Counted from the stretch's first letter, positions 10,032 to 21,177 are shown. The stretch: 64,000 bases of DNA from a bacterium (GCA_021780535.1 JAJXYN010000011.1:15295-79294), one strand, 5' to 3'. The notes: a model not told the origin generated them from the sequence alone. Made by a program: numbers and translations.

Positions 10032-11444
10032 ATGAATTTAAAAGATTTAAATATAAAAAAAATACATAACTCATTTCTAAATAAGGAATATTCTTGTACT
10101 GATTTGATTAATAATTATTTTGAAAAAATTAACGAAATTAATTCTGATTATAATATCTACACTAGTTTAAATAAAGAAAATGCTTTAAATCAGGCTAAAA
10201 TTATTGATGAAAAGATTGCAAAAGGTGAAGTTTTAAGAAAACTTGATGGTATTCCTTTTTCTGTCAAAGACTCTATTTGTACATTGGAATGTAAATCTCA
10301 AGCAGGTTCTAATATTTTAAAAGGTTTTGAAGCTACTTATAATGCTACTGCTGTTGAAAAATTAATTAATGAAGGAGCTATTCTAATTGGAAAGACTAAT
10401 TGTGATTCTTTTGGTCATGGTTCTTCTACAAAAAATAGTGATTACGGAATTACAAAAAATCCATATTCTTTAGACCATGTTGCTGGTGGATCTTCTGGTG
10501 GTGCTGCAGCTTCTGTTGCTTTAAATACTTGTACTTTTGCAATAGGAGAAGATACTGGGGGTTCAATTAGAGAACCAGCTTCTTTTTGTGGTATTTATGG
10601 TTTAAAACCATCTTATGGGAGAGTATCAAGATATGGTGCTATAGCTTATGGTTCTAGCCTTGATACTATTGGGCCGCTAGCTAATAATATGCTAGATATT
10701 GAAATAGTCCAAAAAATTATTGAGGGATTAGACGAAAAAGATGCTACTACAATAGAAGATAAAAAAATTATAGAACTAGAAAATAAAACAGTGAAGAAAA
10801 TTGGAATTATTAAAGAATTTTTAGATAATGGGCTAGATTTACGAATTAGAGATTTATTTGATAAAAAATTAGAAGAATATGAAACCAATGGTTTTGAAAT
10901 TCAAGAATTTCATTTACCATCAACAAAATATGCTGTTGCTTCTTATTATTTAATAGCTTGTTCTGAAACCTCTTCTAATTTATCTAGGTTTGATGGTGTT
11001 AAATTTGGTTTTAGAGCCCCTAATGTTACAAAATTAGAAGACATGTATCTCCAAACAAAAGAATATGGATTTTCTTTTGAAACAAAGAAAAGAATAATTC
11101 TTGGAACGTATGCATTATCAGCTGGCTATGCTGATAAATATTATAAAAAAGCTTGCTCTGCTCGTAGTCTTATTAAACAAGAATTGGAAGATATTTTAAA
11201 AGAAGTTGATTTTATATTAACTCCAACGAGTCCTGTTCTACCTTATGAAATAAATCCAATAAAGGAAATAGATCCAATGACTGAATATCTTGCTGATATT
11301 TATACCGTGATTCCTAGCCTTGCTGGAGTTTGTTCATTAAATGTGCCTATCGGGTTTGTAGAGAAATTACCGGTTGGAATGCAGATTATTGGTGGTGTAT
11401 TAGATGAAAATAAAGTTATGGAATTCGCAAAAATACTTGGCTAA
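10032..11444 (+). CDS. gatA: Asp/Glu-tRNA amidotransferase subunit A
   Basis: Amidase signature GGSSGG, DTGGSIREPA, GLKPSYGRVSRYG. Confidence 0.96.
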   Translation: MNLKDLNIKKIHNSFLNKEYSCTDLINNYFEKINEINSDYNIYTSLNKENALNQAKIIDEKIAKGEVLRKLDGIPFSVKDSICTLECKSQAGSNILKGFEATYNATAVEKLINEGAILIGKTNCDSFGHGSSTKNSDYGITKNPYSLDHVAGGSSGGAAASVALNTCTFAIGEDTGGSIREPASFCGIYGLKPSYGRVSRYGAIAYGSSLDTIGPLANNMLDIEIVQKIIEGLDEKDATTIEDKKIIELENKTVKKIGIIKEFLDNGLDLRIRDLFDKKLEEYETNGFEIQEFHLPSTKYAVASYYLIACSETSSNLSRFDGVKFGFRAPNVTKLEDMYLQTKEYGFSFETKKRIILGTYALSAGYADKYYKKACSARSLIKQELEDILKEVDFILTPTSPVLPYEINPIKEIDPMTEYLADIYTVIPSLAGVCSLNVPIGFVEKLPVGMQIIGGVLDENKVMEFAKILG

Positions 11445-11568
11445 TTGATTTTTGGTTTTATATTTATGTGATATAATAAATGCAGTAAAATGTTGATAGT
11501 TGTTTATTTAAATAATTTAATTAAACGATTGTTAACTATAATTATTTAACTTATTTAACTATTTTTAC

Positions 11569-12045
11569 ATGAATCCTCAATTTTTATATACAATTCTCTT
11601 TTTTGCTCCTTTTATTTTGTTAATAATATTAGGTTTTTTAATTGCTAAGAAACTTATTAAAATTGGATTATTTGTACTTATAATTGCTGTTGTACTTTTC
11701 TTTGGTTTTTCTATTAAAATATCTCCACTAGATTATTTCTTTAATTATCAACAAAACGTTGATGCAAAAAGTATAAATCTTGGAAAATATACAATTACTT
11801 TCGGTCAAACTCCTTCCAGTGATTTTTACCATTCTTACATAAAAATTTATGATAATGAAACAAAAAAAGAAAATACTATTGAATTAGATCCTAAATCTGG
11901 TAAATATTGGAATGTTCAAATTACAACAGAAGGGAATAATATTTGTTTTAATAGCTCCTCTACCAAATTGTTTTGTATAGATAAAAATCTTTGGAGTATT
12001 AGTTATAATAATATAAGCACAAACCTTAAAGATATAGTTAAATAA
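11569..12045 (+). CDS. Hypothetical membrane protein between gatA and gatB
   Basis: Two N-terminal TM helices plus a soluble domain; TGaTATAAT extended -10 at 11469-11477. Confidence 0.7.
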   Translation: MNPQFLYTILFFAPFILLIILGFLIAKKLIKIGLFVLIIAVVLFFGFSIKISPLDYFFNYQQNVDAKSINLGKYTITFGQTPSSDFYHSYIKIYDNETKKENTIELDPKSGKYWNVQITTEGNNICFNSSSTKLFCIDKNLWSISYNNISTNLKDIVK

Positions 12046-12049
12046 AATT

Positions 12050-13564
12050 ATGAATAAGTATTCTACTATAATTGGTCTTGAAATTCATGTTCAACTTGAT
12101 ACTAAAACTAAATTATTTTGTTCTTGTGACAATGAGTCTTTTAATATTGGACCCAATGTAAATATTTGCCCCATTTGTTCTGGGCAACCAGGTACTCTCC
12201 CTGTTATAAACAAACAAGCTATTGATTATGCCATAAAAGCTGGTCTTGCTATGAATTGTGAAATAAATAAACATACAAAATGGGATAGAAAAAGTTATTT
12301 TTATCCTGATTTACCAAAAGGATATCAAATTTCTCAATATGACCAACCTATAGATATTGGTGGCTATATTGAGATTTTCCTTCCAGATAATATCAATACA
12401 ACTAATAATGGAAAAGAAATTTTAATTTCTAAAAAAATTAAACTTGAAAGAGCTCATCTTGAAGAAGATGCTGGTAAATCTATTCATGACAGGAGTATTG
12501 AATATACTTATTTAGATTATAATAGATGTGGAACTCCACTTCTTGAAATAGTTTCAAAACCTGATATGACTTCATCTATTGAAGCTGAGCTTTATGCTAG
12601 AGAAATAAGAAGAAGAATGAGATATACCGGAGTTTCTAAGTGTGACATGGAAAAAGGACACATGAGATTTGATATTAATGTTAATCTTAAAATTGAAGAT
12701 GAAGATGGAGAAAAATTTACTCCAATAGCGGAAGTTAAAAATCTTAATTCTTTTAGATCTCTTGTACGTGCTATTGAATTTGAAATAGTTAGACAAAAAG
12801 AAGAATTTGAAAAAACAGGAATTACTAAAAATGATAGTAATAAAACCACTAGACTTTGGAATGACAACAAAGGAATAACATCTCAAATGAGAACTAAAGA
12901 AGAGGCAGCTGACTATAGATATTTTCCAGATCCCGACATTACGCCAGTTATTATAAGTGATGATTGGATAGAAAATATTAGAAAAACATTGCCAGAAATG
13001 CCTTCCGCTAGATTTAATAAATATCTTAATCTTGGATTATCAAAAACTATTTCATATAGTGTTGTTGATAATATTACTTTGGCTAACTATTTAGATGACT
13101 GTCTAAATTTAATAGATCAAATGTCTAGTACTAAAATTATAGAAATTAAACAAGAATTTTTAAATTGGTTTGGTAGAGATTTACTATCTCAAATTAATCA
13201 ATCTAACGAAGAAGATGAAAATATTAATACAATTATAAAAATAACTAAAGAGGATTTTATTGGATTAATAGAGTTGGTTGTAAATAAAAAAATAACTAGA
13301 AATTTAGCAAAAGAATTTTTAATAGACATATGGGATAATAGTAAAACTTTAGAAGAATTAAAAATCACTATCCCTAATGAATCTATAAATATTGAAGAAG
13401 TAATAAATAAAATTATTTCTATTAATACCAACATGCTAGAACAATATAAGGCTGGTAATGAAAAAGTATTTAACGTATTCGTTGGGCTTACCATGAAAGA
13501 AACTAAAGGACTTATTGATCCTAAAGAAATCCAAGAGAAATTAAAAGAGATTTTAAATAAATAG
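12050..13564 (+). CDS. gatB: Asp/Glu-tRNA amidotransferase subunit B
   Basis: IGLEIHVQL, YFYPDLPKGYQISQ, HLEEDAGK, DYRYFPDPD. Confidence 0.97.
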   Translation: MNKYSTIIGLEIHVQLDTKTKLFCSCDNESFNIGPNVNICPICSGQPGTLPVINKQAIDYAIKAGLAMNCEINKHTKWDRKSYFYPDLPKGYQISQYDQPIDIGGYIEIFLPDNINTTNNGKEILISKKIKLERAHLEEDAGKSIHDRSIEYTYLDYNRCGTPLLEIVSKPDMTSSIEAELYAREIRRRMRYTGVSKCDMEKGHMRFDINVNLKIEDEDGEKFTPIAEVKNLNSFRSLVRAIEFEIVRQKEEFEKTGITKNDSNKTTRLWNDNKGITSQMRTKEEAADYRYFPDPDITPVIISDDWIENIRKTLPEMPSARFNKYLNLGLSKTISYSVVDNITLANYLDDCLNLIDQMSSTKIIEIKQEFLNWFGRDLLSQINQSNEEDENINTIIKITKEDFIGLIELVVNKKITRNLAKEFLIDIWDNSKTLEELKITIPNESINIEEVINKIISINTNMLEQYKAGNEKVFNVFVGLTMKETKGLIDPKEIQEKLKEILNK

Positions 13565-13622
13565 ATTGTTACTATTACATAATTTTATCGTTGTAATAAA
13601 TATAATTATCTAAAATAATAAA

Positions 13623-14267
13623 ATGAAAAAAATATTTTTATTAATATTGCCCATATTCTTTATTTTTTCTTCTAATGTAGGTGCATTGGAAAAAAGAGCC
13701 TGCACCACGGATTATACACCTGTTTGTGGGGTTGACGGTGTTACTTATAGTAATACTTGCACGGCAAATAAAGTAAAAGTTGCTTACACTGGTGAGTGTA
13801 AGATTAAACCATGTACAAAAAGTTATGTACCAGTTTGTGGTTTGGTACAGATTGAATGTATAAAAGCTCCTTGTAATCCTATCTTTGAAACATTCACTAA
13901 TAAATGCGAACTAAATAAAATTAAATCTGCTAAATTAGCATATAAAGGTGAGTGTAAAGAAAAAATACTTGGACCAAGCAAAATAAAATATTATAAAAAT
14001 ATTACAAAATATGGAAACGATATTTTTGGAAATAAAAAAACTGATATTGAAATTCAAAATACAATCTATAATATAATAAAAAATTCGAAATCAGAGTGTG
14101 TCATTGGAGGCCAAAAAACTTTTAATAAAGTTGTAAACAAGGGTGATGATTTCCTAAGATTTGAAGGATCTACTACTAAAAAAGGATGCGGATTTGCATG
14201 TATTTATAAATTAGATACTAATACTATAGAATCTGGTTGGATGTGTACTGGACTTATTATCAAATAA
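13623..14267 (+). CDS. Secreted protein with two Kazal-type inhibitor domains
   Basis: Signal peptide; CTTDYTPVCGVDGVTYSNTC..GEC and CTKSYVPVCG..TFTNKC..GEC. Confidence 0.85.
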   Translation: MKKIFLLILPIFFIFSSNVGALEKRACTTDYTPVCGVDGVTYSNTCTANKVKVAYTGECKIKPCTKSYVPVCGLVQIECIKAPCNPIFETFTNKCELNKIKSAKLAYKGECKEKILGPSKIKYYKNITKYGNDIFGNKKTDIEIQNTIYNIIKNSKSECVIGGQKTFNKVVNKGDDFLRFEGSTTKKGCGFACIYKLDTNTIESGWMCTGLIIK

Positions 14268-14396
14268 ATAAGCTTATCAATAAAATAAAAAACTGATAAT
14301 TCATTCAGTTTTTTATTTTATTTTGTTGATATTTTTTTATTTTTTTGATATGATATTTCATACTTATCATATTTAAATTATTTTTATTCAAAAAAT

Positions 14397-14627
14397 ATGC
14401 ACATACAAGAAGATTGTCCAGTAAACCCGGAGTTTCGCGGGTCAGCAACATTAGGAGAAAGAGGTCAAATAGTTATTCCTTCTGAATTAAGAGCGGAACT
14501 TAATATAAATCCTGGGGATAAATTTATGTTTTTTAAGGTTTATAATAAAATTGTTTCTCTTATAAAAGCTGATGATATTGAAGAAATTCAAAATACTATG
14601 AAAAATTTATCTAAAATGACTAAATAA
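14397..14627 (+). CDS. AbrB/MazE/SpoVT-family DNA-binding protein
   Basis: TLGERGQIVIPSELRAELNINPGDK motif. Confidence 0.88.
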   Translation: MHIQEDCPVNPEFRGSATLGERGQIVIPSELRAELNINPGDKFMFFKVYNKIVSLIKADDIEEIQNTMKNLSKMTK

Positions 14628-14631
14628 AATT

Positions 14632-16041
14632 ATGACGGAAATTAAAAATAAATCAATTACAAAATCCATATTAACAATTGCTGTGCCCATAGTTTTCGTT
14701 AATATTTTACAAGTTGCATATAGCTTGGTGGACACTTACTGGGTTGGAAAACTTGGTGCTAACGCCATTGCTTCTATATCTATTTCTTTCCCAATATTAT
14801 TTCTTATAATGGCTATCGCGAACGGTCTTACTGTTGCTGGGTCTGTTTTTGTTTCTCAATATAAAGGCAAAAATGATAAAGAAAATATAAGTAAATTTTC
14901 CGGACAAACGATGATAACTGTTACAGTATTGTCATTGATTTTATCTGTTGTAGGATTTTTTACATCTGTTCCATTATTAAAATTAATTGGTGCTGGCCCA
15001 GAAATTATTAATGACGCTGCTGGATATCTTCAAGTTTCTTGCCTTGGATTATCTTCTACTTTTATATTTTTTGTATTTCAATCAATAATGAGAGGTGTTG
15101 GAGAGGTTAAAAAAGCTACATATATCATGTTTCTTGGAGTTGTATTAAATTTTTTTATTGATCCTATTTTTATATTTGGAAATTTTGGAATTCATGCTAT
15201 GGGCGTTACTGGAAGTGCTGTTGCTACTATTATTTGTCAGATTGCTGGGTCTCTTATTGCTTTGTATTTTTTATTTTTTAATAAAAAAAATGAAATACAT
15301 ATTTCTGTTAAAAATTTAATCCCTGATTTTAAATTCATTAAACAAATATTCAAAATCGGATTACCATCATCAATGGAACAAATAATTAGATCCTCTGGAA
15401 TGATTTTAATGATGTTTTTGGTTACTGGATTTGGCACAATATTAACAGCTGCTTATGGACTTGGAACTAGAATGTTTAGTTTTGTAATCATACCAGCACT
15501 TGGTTTTATGATTGCTGTTTCCATTTTAGTTGGACAAAATATTGGCTCTGGCGACAAAAAAAGAGCGGAGGAGATTGCAAAAAAAGGCGCTATAATGGCT
15601 TTTTTAGCTTTAACTTTAATTAGTGTTATTTTCTTTGTTTTTGCAAAATTTATAATTCAGATGTTTATACAAGATGATTCAGCTGTTATAGATGTTAGTG
15701 TTAAATTTATGAGATTTTTATCTGTAACTTTTGGAATGATGGGAATATCCATGACTCTTATGGGTGCTTTTATGGGCTCTGGAAACACTGTAACTTCAAT
15801 GATTTTAACGACCTTCCAATTATTTATTAATTTTGTATTAGCATTAATATTATCTAAATTTACATCTCTTGGATATAATGGAATATTTTGGTCTTACCCA
15901 ATAGCAACATTTATAATGTTTATAATTGCTATAATTATATTTTTAAAAGGAGATTGGAAAAATAAAAAAATAACAGAAGAAATGAAAATAAAAGATACAG
16001 TAGAAGAAGAAACTCTTATTAGAGAATTTGCAGAAGAATAA
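14632..16041 (+). CDS. MATE family efflux transporter
   Basis: About 12 TM; YSLVDTYWVGKLG, NFFIDPIFIFG, VGQNIG motifs. Confidence 0.92.
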   Translation: MTEIKNKSITKSILTIAVPIVFVNILQVAYSLVDTYWVGKLGANAIASISISFPILFLIMAIANGLTVAGSVFVSQYKGKNDKENISKFSGQTMITVTVLSLILSVVGFFTSVPLLKLIGAGPEIINDAAGYLQVSCLGLSSTFIFFVFQSIMRGVGEVKKATYIMFLGVVLNFFIDPIFIFGNFGIHAMGVTGSAVATIICQIAGSLIALYFLFFNKKNEIHISVKNLIPDFKFIKQIFKIGLPSSMEQIIRSSGMILMMFLVTGFGTILTAAYGLGTRMFSFVIIPALGFMIAVSILVGQNIGSGDKKRAEEIAKKGAIMAFLALTLISVIFFVFAKFIIQMFIQDDSAVIDVSVKFMRFLSVTFGMMGISMTLMGAFMGSGNTVTSMILTTFQLFINFVLALILSKFTSLGYNGIFWSYPIATFIMFIIAIIIFLKGDWKNKKITEEMKIKDTVEEETLIREFAEE

Positions 16042-16082
16042 TAATTTAGCAAATAATGAGAATTAAAAATTAAAAATTAAAG

Positions 16083-17987
16083 ATGAAAAAAATATTTAAA
16101 ATAATAATACCAATAACGATAGTTCTCTTAATAATAAGTGGTATTGTTATTATTAGTAATAAAAATAAACAAAATATAAAAGATTATAAAATTGTTAAAG
16201 CCCAGATTGGCAACTTCTCTGATTATGTTGCAGCTGATGGTAAAGTTTCAGGAGAAAACCAAATATCAATAAAGCCAAAGATTACCGGAAATATTGATCA
16301 AATTTTAGTTAAAAATGGAGATAAAGTTAAAAAAGGCGATTTACTTGTAAAATTTGATACTACTGATATTGAAAAAACAGTTCAAAATGCTCAGATAGCC
16401 GTCGCTAACAGTAAAAACAATCTAGACAAAATCACAAAACCCGTAGATTCTTTAGCAAAAATTCAAGCAGAATTATCTTTGCAATCTGCAAAAGATAATT
16501 TAGAAAAATTAAAATTATCACAAACAATAACTTTGCAACAAGCAAAAGACGCTAGAGATAATGCAACTACCGCATTAGATAATTCTTATGATTCTGCTTT
16601 AAATAATATAGATTCATCATTTGCTGGTTTTGCAACAATAATAAATGATGCACAAAAAATTTTATATTTAACAGATACTATACAAAACCAAGACATAACA
16701 GGAAATTCAACTACAGATGCTAATTTATTAAAAGATCCATTATCTCTTTGGTCTGGAGAAATGCCAAAATATTGGAATGATTCTATAAATTCTATTACTT
16801 TTGATACTCCGGAAGATAAACAAAAAGCTCAAGATCTTGCAATAAGTGCCACATCAGCTTATAAAAGCGCGAAAAGTTTATACGATCAAAATGTTATAAC
16901 CTACAGAACATTGTCAAAATATTCAGATAAGCAAACTATTGAGAATTTTTTGCCTACTGCCATAGACACAGCTAAAAGTATATCAGAGTCCATGAGAGCA
17001 ATGAACAATCTTTACGATTATTGGATTACTTACAATAATGATAGAAAAAGAACATTATACTATAACATACCAGTTTATAATGTTACTTTAAAAACAGATA
17101 CATCTTCTTCTAGTGAGTATTTAACTAATCTTATAAGTGCTCAAACTGGTGTTTATGGTATAAATACTTTAAAAACTTCTTTGAATGATGCTCAAAATAA
17201 TTTAGATACACTTATACAAAATCAGCCACTTGATTTATCTTCTGCACAAACATCTTTACAAGCACAACAAGAAGCTTATGATAAATTAATTTCTGGTGCC
17301 GATAAACTAGATATAAAATCTTATCAAATAGCATTGCAACAAGCTAATGTATCATTAGCTACAGCTACTGACCAATTAGCTAATTATTATATAAAATCTC
17401 CGTTTGACGGTGTTGTTGGCGGTATAACTATTAGAGAATCAGACCTTGTAGCTGCAGGAACTCCTATAGTTAATATAATATCTGACAATAAAATAGTAGA
17501 AATAAATATAAACGAGAACGATACTGCTAAAATACAAGTTGGTCAAAAAGCTATAATAACTTTTGATGCTTTTGATGGTTTGCAAATTAATGGTGAGGTT
17601 GCTGAAATAGATTCCACTCCAAGTATAGACCAAACTAATGTTGTTAATTATAAAATTAAAATATCATTAAAAAATGATACTGATCAAAGTAAAAAATATT
17701 TTGATCTAATAAAAACTGGTATGAATTCTTCCGCAAAAATTATAACGAAAGAAAAAAACAATATACTACTTGTTGATAGTGGCGCTATAAATCAAAATGA
17801 TAGTGGTTATTATGTAGAAACTGTTAAAACCTATTCTAATGGAAAAGATGAAATATCACAAAAAAGCGTACAAATAGGATTGGTTGGCACTGACAACACA
17901 GAAATTATTTCTGGGATAGATAATGGCCAAAATGTTATTATTAGACAAAAGAAAAAATTAAACACAGGAATGAGTTTCGCAAATTAA
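16083..17987 (+). CDS. Efflux periplasmic adaptor subunit (MacA/HlyD-like) with long helical insert
   Basis: ILVKNGDKVKKGDLL and IKSPFDGVV lipoyl halves; beta-barrel region. Confidence 0.88.
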   Translation: MKKIFKIIIPITIVLLIISGIVIISNKNKQNIKDYKIVKAQIGNFSDYVAADGKVSGENQISIKPKITGNIDQILVKNGDKVKKGDLLVKFDTTDIEKTVQNAQIAVANSKNNLDKITKPVDSLAKIQAELSLQSAKDNLEKLKLSQTITLQQAKDARDNATTALDNSYDSALNNIDSSFAGFATIINDAQKILYLTDTIQNQDITGNSTTDANLLKDPLSLWSGEMPKYWNDSINSITFDTPEDKQKAQDLAISATSAYKSAKSLYDQNVITYRTLSKYSDKQTIENFLPTAIDTAKSISESMRAMNNLYDYWITYNNDRKRTLYYNIPVYNVTLKTDTSSSSEYLTNLISAQTGVYGINTLKTSLNDAQNNLDTLIQNQPLDLSSAQTSLQAQQEAYDKLISGADKLDIKSYQIALQQANVSLATATDQLANYYIKSPFDGVVGGITIRESDLVAAGTPIVNIISDNKIVEININENDTAKIQVGQKAIITFDAFDGLQINGEVAEIDSTPSIDQTNVVNYKIKISLKNDTDQSKKYFDLIKTGMNSSAKIITKEKNNILLVDSGAINQNDSGYYVETVKTYSNGKDEISQKSVQIGLVGTDNTEIISGIDNGQNVIIRQKKKLNTGMSFAN

Positions 17988-17992
17988 ATTAT

Positions 17993-18718
17993 ATGAATAA
18001 AAAAACTATAATTAAAATTGAAGATATCAAAAAAGATTTTGGCAAGGGCGATAATATTACGAAAGTCCTTAAGGGTATTTCTTTTGAAATAAAAGAAGGT
18101 GAATTTGTTGCTATTATTGGTAAATCTGGTTCCGGTAAATCAACTTTAATGAATATATTGGGAGCATTAGATACACCAACTTCTGGAAAATATTTTCTTG
18201 ACGGAAAAGATATTTCTAAAATGAAAGACAAACAGCTTGCCTCTATTAGACAAAAAAGAATAGGGTTTGTTTTCCAATCTTTTAACCTTTTAAATGGAGT
18301 ATCTGTTTTAAAAAATGTAATGATGCCTCTTATCTATAATAGTGAAATTCCTACACATCAAAGAAAAAATATTGCTCTTGCGGCGTTAGAAGATGTTGGC
18401 TTTGACATGGAAAGAATAAATAATAAACCAAATCAAATATCTGGTGGCCAAATGCAGAGAGTTGCTATTGCTAGATCGTTAATAAATAATCCTTCCATGA
18501 TTTTGGCTGATGAGCCAACTGGTAATTTAGATAGTAAAACGGAAGAAATAGTTTTAAATACTTTTGATGAATTAAATAAAAAACAAGGTGTTACTATTAT
18601 AATTATTACTCACGATGATTCTGTTGCTGAGCATGCTAATAGAATTATAAAAATACAAGATGGTGAAGTTATTGAAGATGCTCCTAGAGGAAAAAGTAAA
18701 ATAGAATTAAGAAAATAA
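17993..18718 (+). CDS. ABC transporter ATP-binding protein (MacB/LolD-like)
   Basis: GKSGSGKST, ISGGQMQRVAIAR, LADEPTGNLD. Confidence 0.95.
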   Translation: MNKKTIIKIEDIKKDFGKGDNITKVLKGISFEIKEGEFVAIIGKSGSGKSTLMNILGALDTPTSGKYFLDGKDISKMKDKQLASIRQKRIGFVFQSFNLLNGVSVLKNVMMPLIYNSEIPTHQRKNIALAALEDVGFDMERINNKPNQISGGQMQRVAIARSLINNPSMILADEPTGNLDSKTEEIVLNTFDELNKKQGVTIIIITHDDSVAEHANRIIKIQDGEVIEDAPRGKSKIELRK

Positions 18719-18733
18719 ATCAAACTATAATTT

Positions 18734-19939
18734 ATGAGATTTTTAGATTTATTACAAGAAACTTATAGTTCTGTTACTGCTAAAAAGGGTCGTACTATCC
18801 TAACTATTTTAGGTATTGTCATTGGGATTACTTCTGTTACTGCTATTCTTACTATAGGCGAAGCTGCCCAAAAATCTATAAAAGGCGATGTTGAATCATT
18901 TGGTAACAATGTTTTATTTATAGATTTAGACCCAACTAAAATATCTGATTCTGGAAAAAATATAAACGGATTTACAAATGAAAATATATCAGCAATAAAA
19001 AAAATTTCTGGTGTTGATACAGACAATGTTTATAAATTAGATTCTGCTAATTATGATATTAAATACAAGAGAGATGACGCTATTTTTAATACCGTTGGCC
19101 TTGAATCTAATTTACAATATCAGGTGAAACTTGAAATTGACCAAGGGAAATTTTTTACAACCGAACAAGAAAGAAATGCACAAAAAGTTGCTATAATAGG
19201 GCCAGATGTTAAAGATGAATTTTTTAAAAATGAAACAGCTATAGGGAAAATTATAAAAATTAACGATACAAATTTTGAAGTTATTGGAGTTACAAAGAAA
19301 AAACAATTATCTATTCAAAATTTTAATAATATGATTTTTATGCCAATAACAACCATGGGTAATTATTTAACTGGCAGAAACGAAGCTTTGGAATTATGGG
19401 TGTATTTTAAGGATGGTTATGATGTTACTGATTTAAAAGATAATATTAAGCAAGCTTTATTTAAGAGCAGCGGATTAAAATATGACGGGATAGATTATTT
19501 TAAAATAACAAGCCAGGATGATGCTGTACAATTAACTAGTAATATTACTTCTATTTTTACATCACTACTTGCCGCAATTGCCGCAATATCACTTTTAGTC
19601 TCTGGTATTGGTATTATGAATATGATGCTTAGAATTGTTGCTGAAAGAACAAAAGAAATAGGTCTAAGAAAAGCTGTTGGTGCTACTACTTTTGAAATAA
19701 GTGTACAATTTTTAATGGAATCTATTGCATTAACATTACTTGGTGGAATTTTTGGAGTTGGACTTGGTGTTCTATTGTCTAATTTAGTTATACCATTAAT
19801 GAATTTAAAAGGTCTTATATCTATTAATGCAATAATGATAGCCTTCTTTGTTTCTAGCGCTATTGGAATAATATTTGGATTTTATCCAGCTAGGCGTGCT
19901 GCAAAAATGAATCCTATTGATGCATTAAGAATTGAATAA
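18734..19939 (+). CDS. MacB/FtsX-family ABC permease
   Basis: LTILGIVIG, GIGIMNMM..ERTKEIGLRKAVGA, YPARRAAKMNPIDALR. Confidence 0.93.
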   Translation: MRFLDLLQETYSSVTAKKGRTILTILGIVIGITSVTAILTIGEAAQKSIKGDVESFGNNVLFIDLDPTKISDSGKNINGFTNENISAIKKISGVDTDNVYKLDSANYDIKYKRDDAIFNTVGLESNLQYQVKLEIDQGKFFTTEQERNAQKVAIIGPDVKDEFFKNETAIGKIIKINDTNFEVIGVTKKKQLSIQNFNNMIFMPITTMGNYLTGRNEALELWVYFKDGYDVTDLKDNIKQALFKSSGLKYDGIDYFKITSQDDAVQLTSNITSIFTSLLAAIAAISLLVSGIGIMNMMLRIVAERTKEIGLRKAVGATTFEISVQFLMESIALTLLGGIFGVGLGVLLSNLVIPLMNLKGLISINAIMIAFFVSSAIGIIFGFYPARRAAKMNPIDALRIE

Positions 19940-19965
19940 AAGAATTTAAATTTTGACTATTTACT

Positions 19966-21177
19966 ATGAAATTTAGAGATTTAATTGATGAAACTATACA
20001 ATATCTTTTGGCTAATAAAACAAAAACTGTCTTAACAACTCTCGGTATTACTATTGGTATTATGTCTATTATTACTATGCTTTCTATTGGCAATGCTGCC
20101 AAAAAATCTCTTGAAAGCGATATTCAATCCATGGGAGCTAATGTGTTGCAGATACTTCCAAATTCTGAATTTATTAGAAGTGGTAAACAACAAATAAAAC
20201 TTTACACTGATCAGGATGTCAAAGATATAGCAAAACTACCAGAAGTTAGAGCTCCTTACGCATTAGATTCTGCTACATATAAGGTTGTTTATAAAAATAA
20301 CAAACAAGTTCTTATACTTATGGCCTCTAATTTAGAGTTTCATAATGAGTTAAAATCAGAAATTGAACAAGGAAGAGATTTTACTCAAGATGAAGTTGAT
20401 AATTATTCAAAAGTTATAACAATAGGTCCTGGAATTGCAAAAGATATGTTTGGTCAAAAAAATCCAGTTGGAGAATATTTAAAAATCAACAATACGTCTT
20501 TTAAAATAGTTGGGGTTAATAAATCTATAAAATTTGCCTTTGGTATTGCTAATTATGATAATAGAATCTTTATACCAATCACAACAATGCATAGATACTT
20601 ATTGGGAAGAAACGAATCTGGCTTTCTTTGGATACAATTACAAAAAGATGCCGATCCTTCTATAGCTAAAGATAAAATATATAATATATTAACGGAAAAT
20701 AGGGGATTGAAATCTGATTCTAAAATAAAATACTTTAAAATATTTAGTAGTGATGACTTAATGAAAACGATAGGAAATGTAACAAATATTTTTACAATAT
20801 TACTTGCTTCTATCGCTGGCATATCACTTGTTGTCGCTGGTATTGGTATTATGAATATGATGCTTACAACTGTAATGGAAAGAACAAAAGAAATAGGCCT
20901 AAGAAAAGCTGTTGGTGCTCAAGCTAATGATATATCCATTCAATTTTTAGTAGAATCTGTTGCTATTACTTTTATTGGTGGTTTTTTTGGTGTATTACTT
21001 GGAGTTGGTTTAGCAAATCTTGTTACGGGTGTATTTATGAAAATCAACAGTGGTGTTGATATTACATATATATTGTTTGCTTTTGTATTGTGTACTTTTA
21101 TAGGTATTGGTTTTGGATACTATCCTGCAAAAAGAGCTGCAAAATTAAATCCAATTGAGGCATTAAGATATGAATAA
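19966..21177 (+). CDS. MacB/FtsX-family ABC permease, paralog
   Basis: Same motifs; YPAKRAAKLNPIEALRYE. Confidence 0.93.
   Translation: MKFRDLIDETIQYLLANKTKTVLTTLGITIGIMSIITMLSIGNAAKKSLESDIQSMGANVLQILPNSEFIRSGKQQIKLYTDQDVKDIAKLPEVRAPYALDSATYKVVYKNNKQVLILMASNLEFHNELKSEIEQGRDFTQDEVDNYSKVITIGPGIAKDMFGQKNPVGEYLKINNTSFKIVGVNKSIKFAFGIANYDNRIFIPITTMHRYLLGRNESGFLWIQLQKDADPSIAKDKIYNILTENRGLKSDSKIKYFKIFSSDDLMKTIGNVTNIFTILLASIAGISLVVAGIGIMNMMLTTVMERTKEIGLRKAVGAQANDISIQFLVESVAITFIGGFFGVLLGVGLANLVTGVFMKINSGVDITYILFAFVLCTFIGIGFGYYPAKRAAKLNPIEALRYE

Noticed and set aside
14397-14627. AbrB/MazE protein as antitoxin of the PemK toxins
   Set aside because: It is 29 kb away and leads a MATE/ABC operon, so it is more likely that operon's regulator
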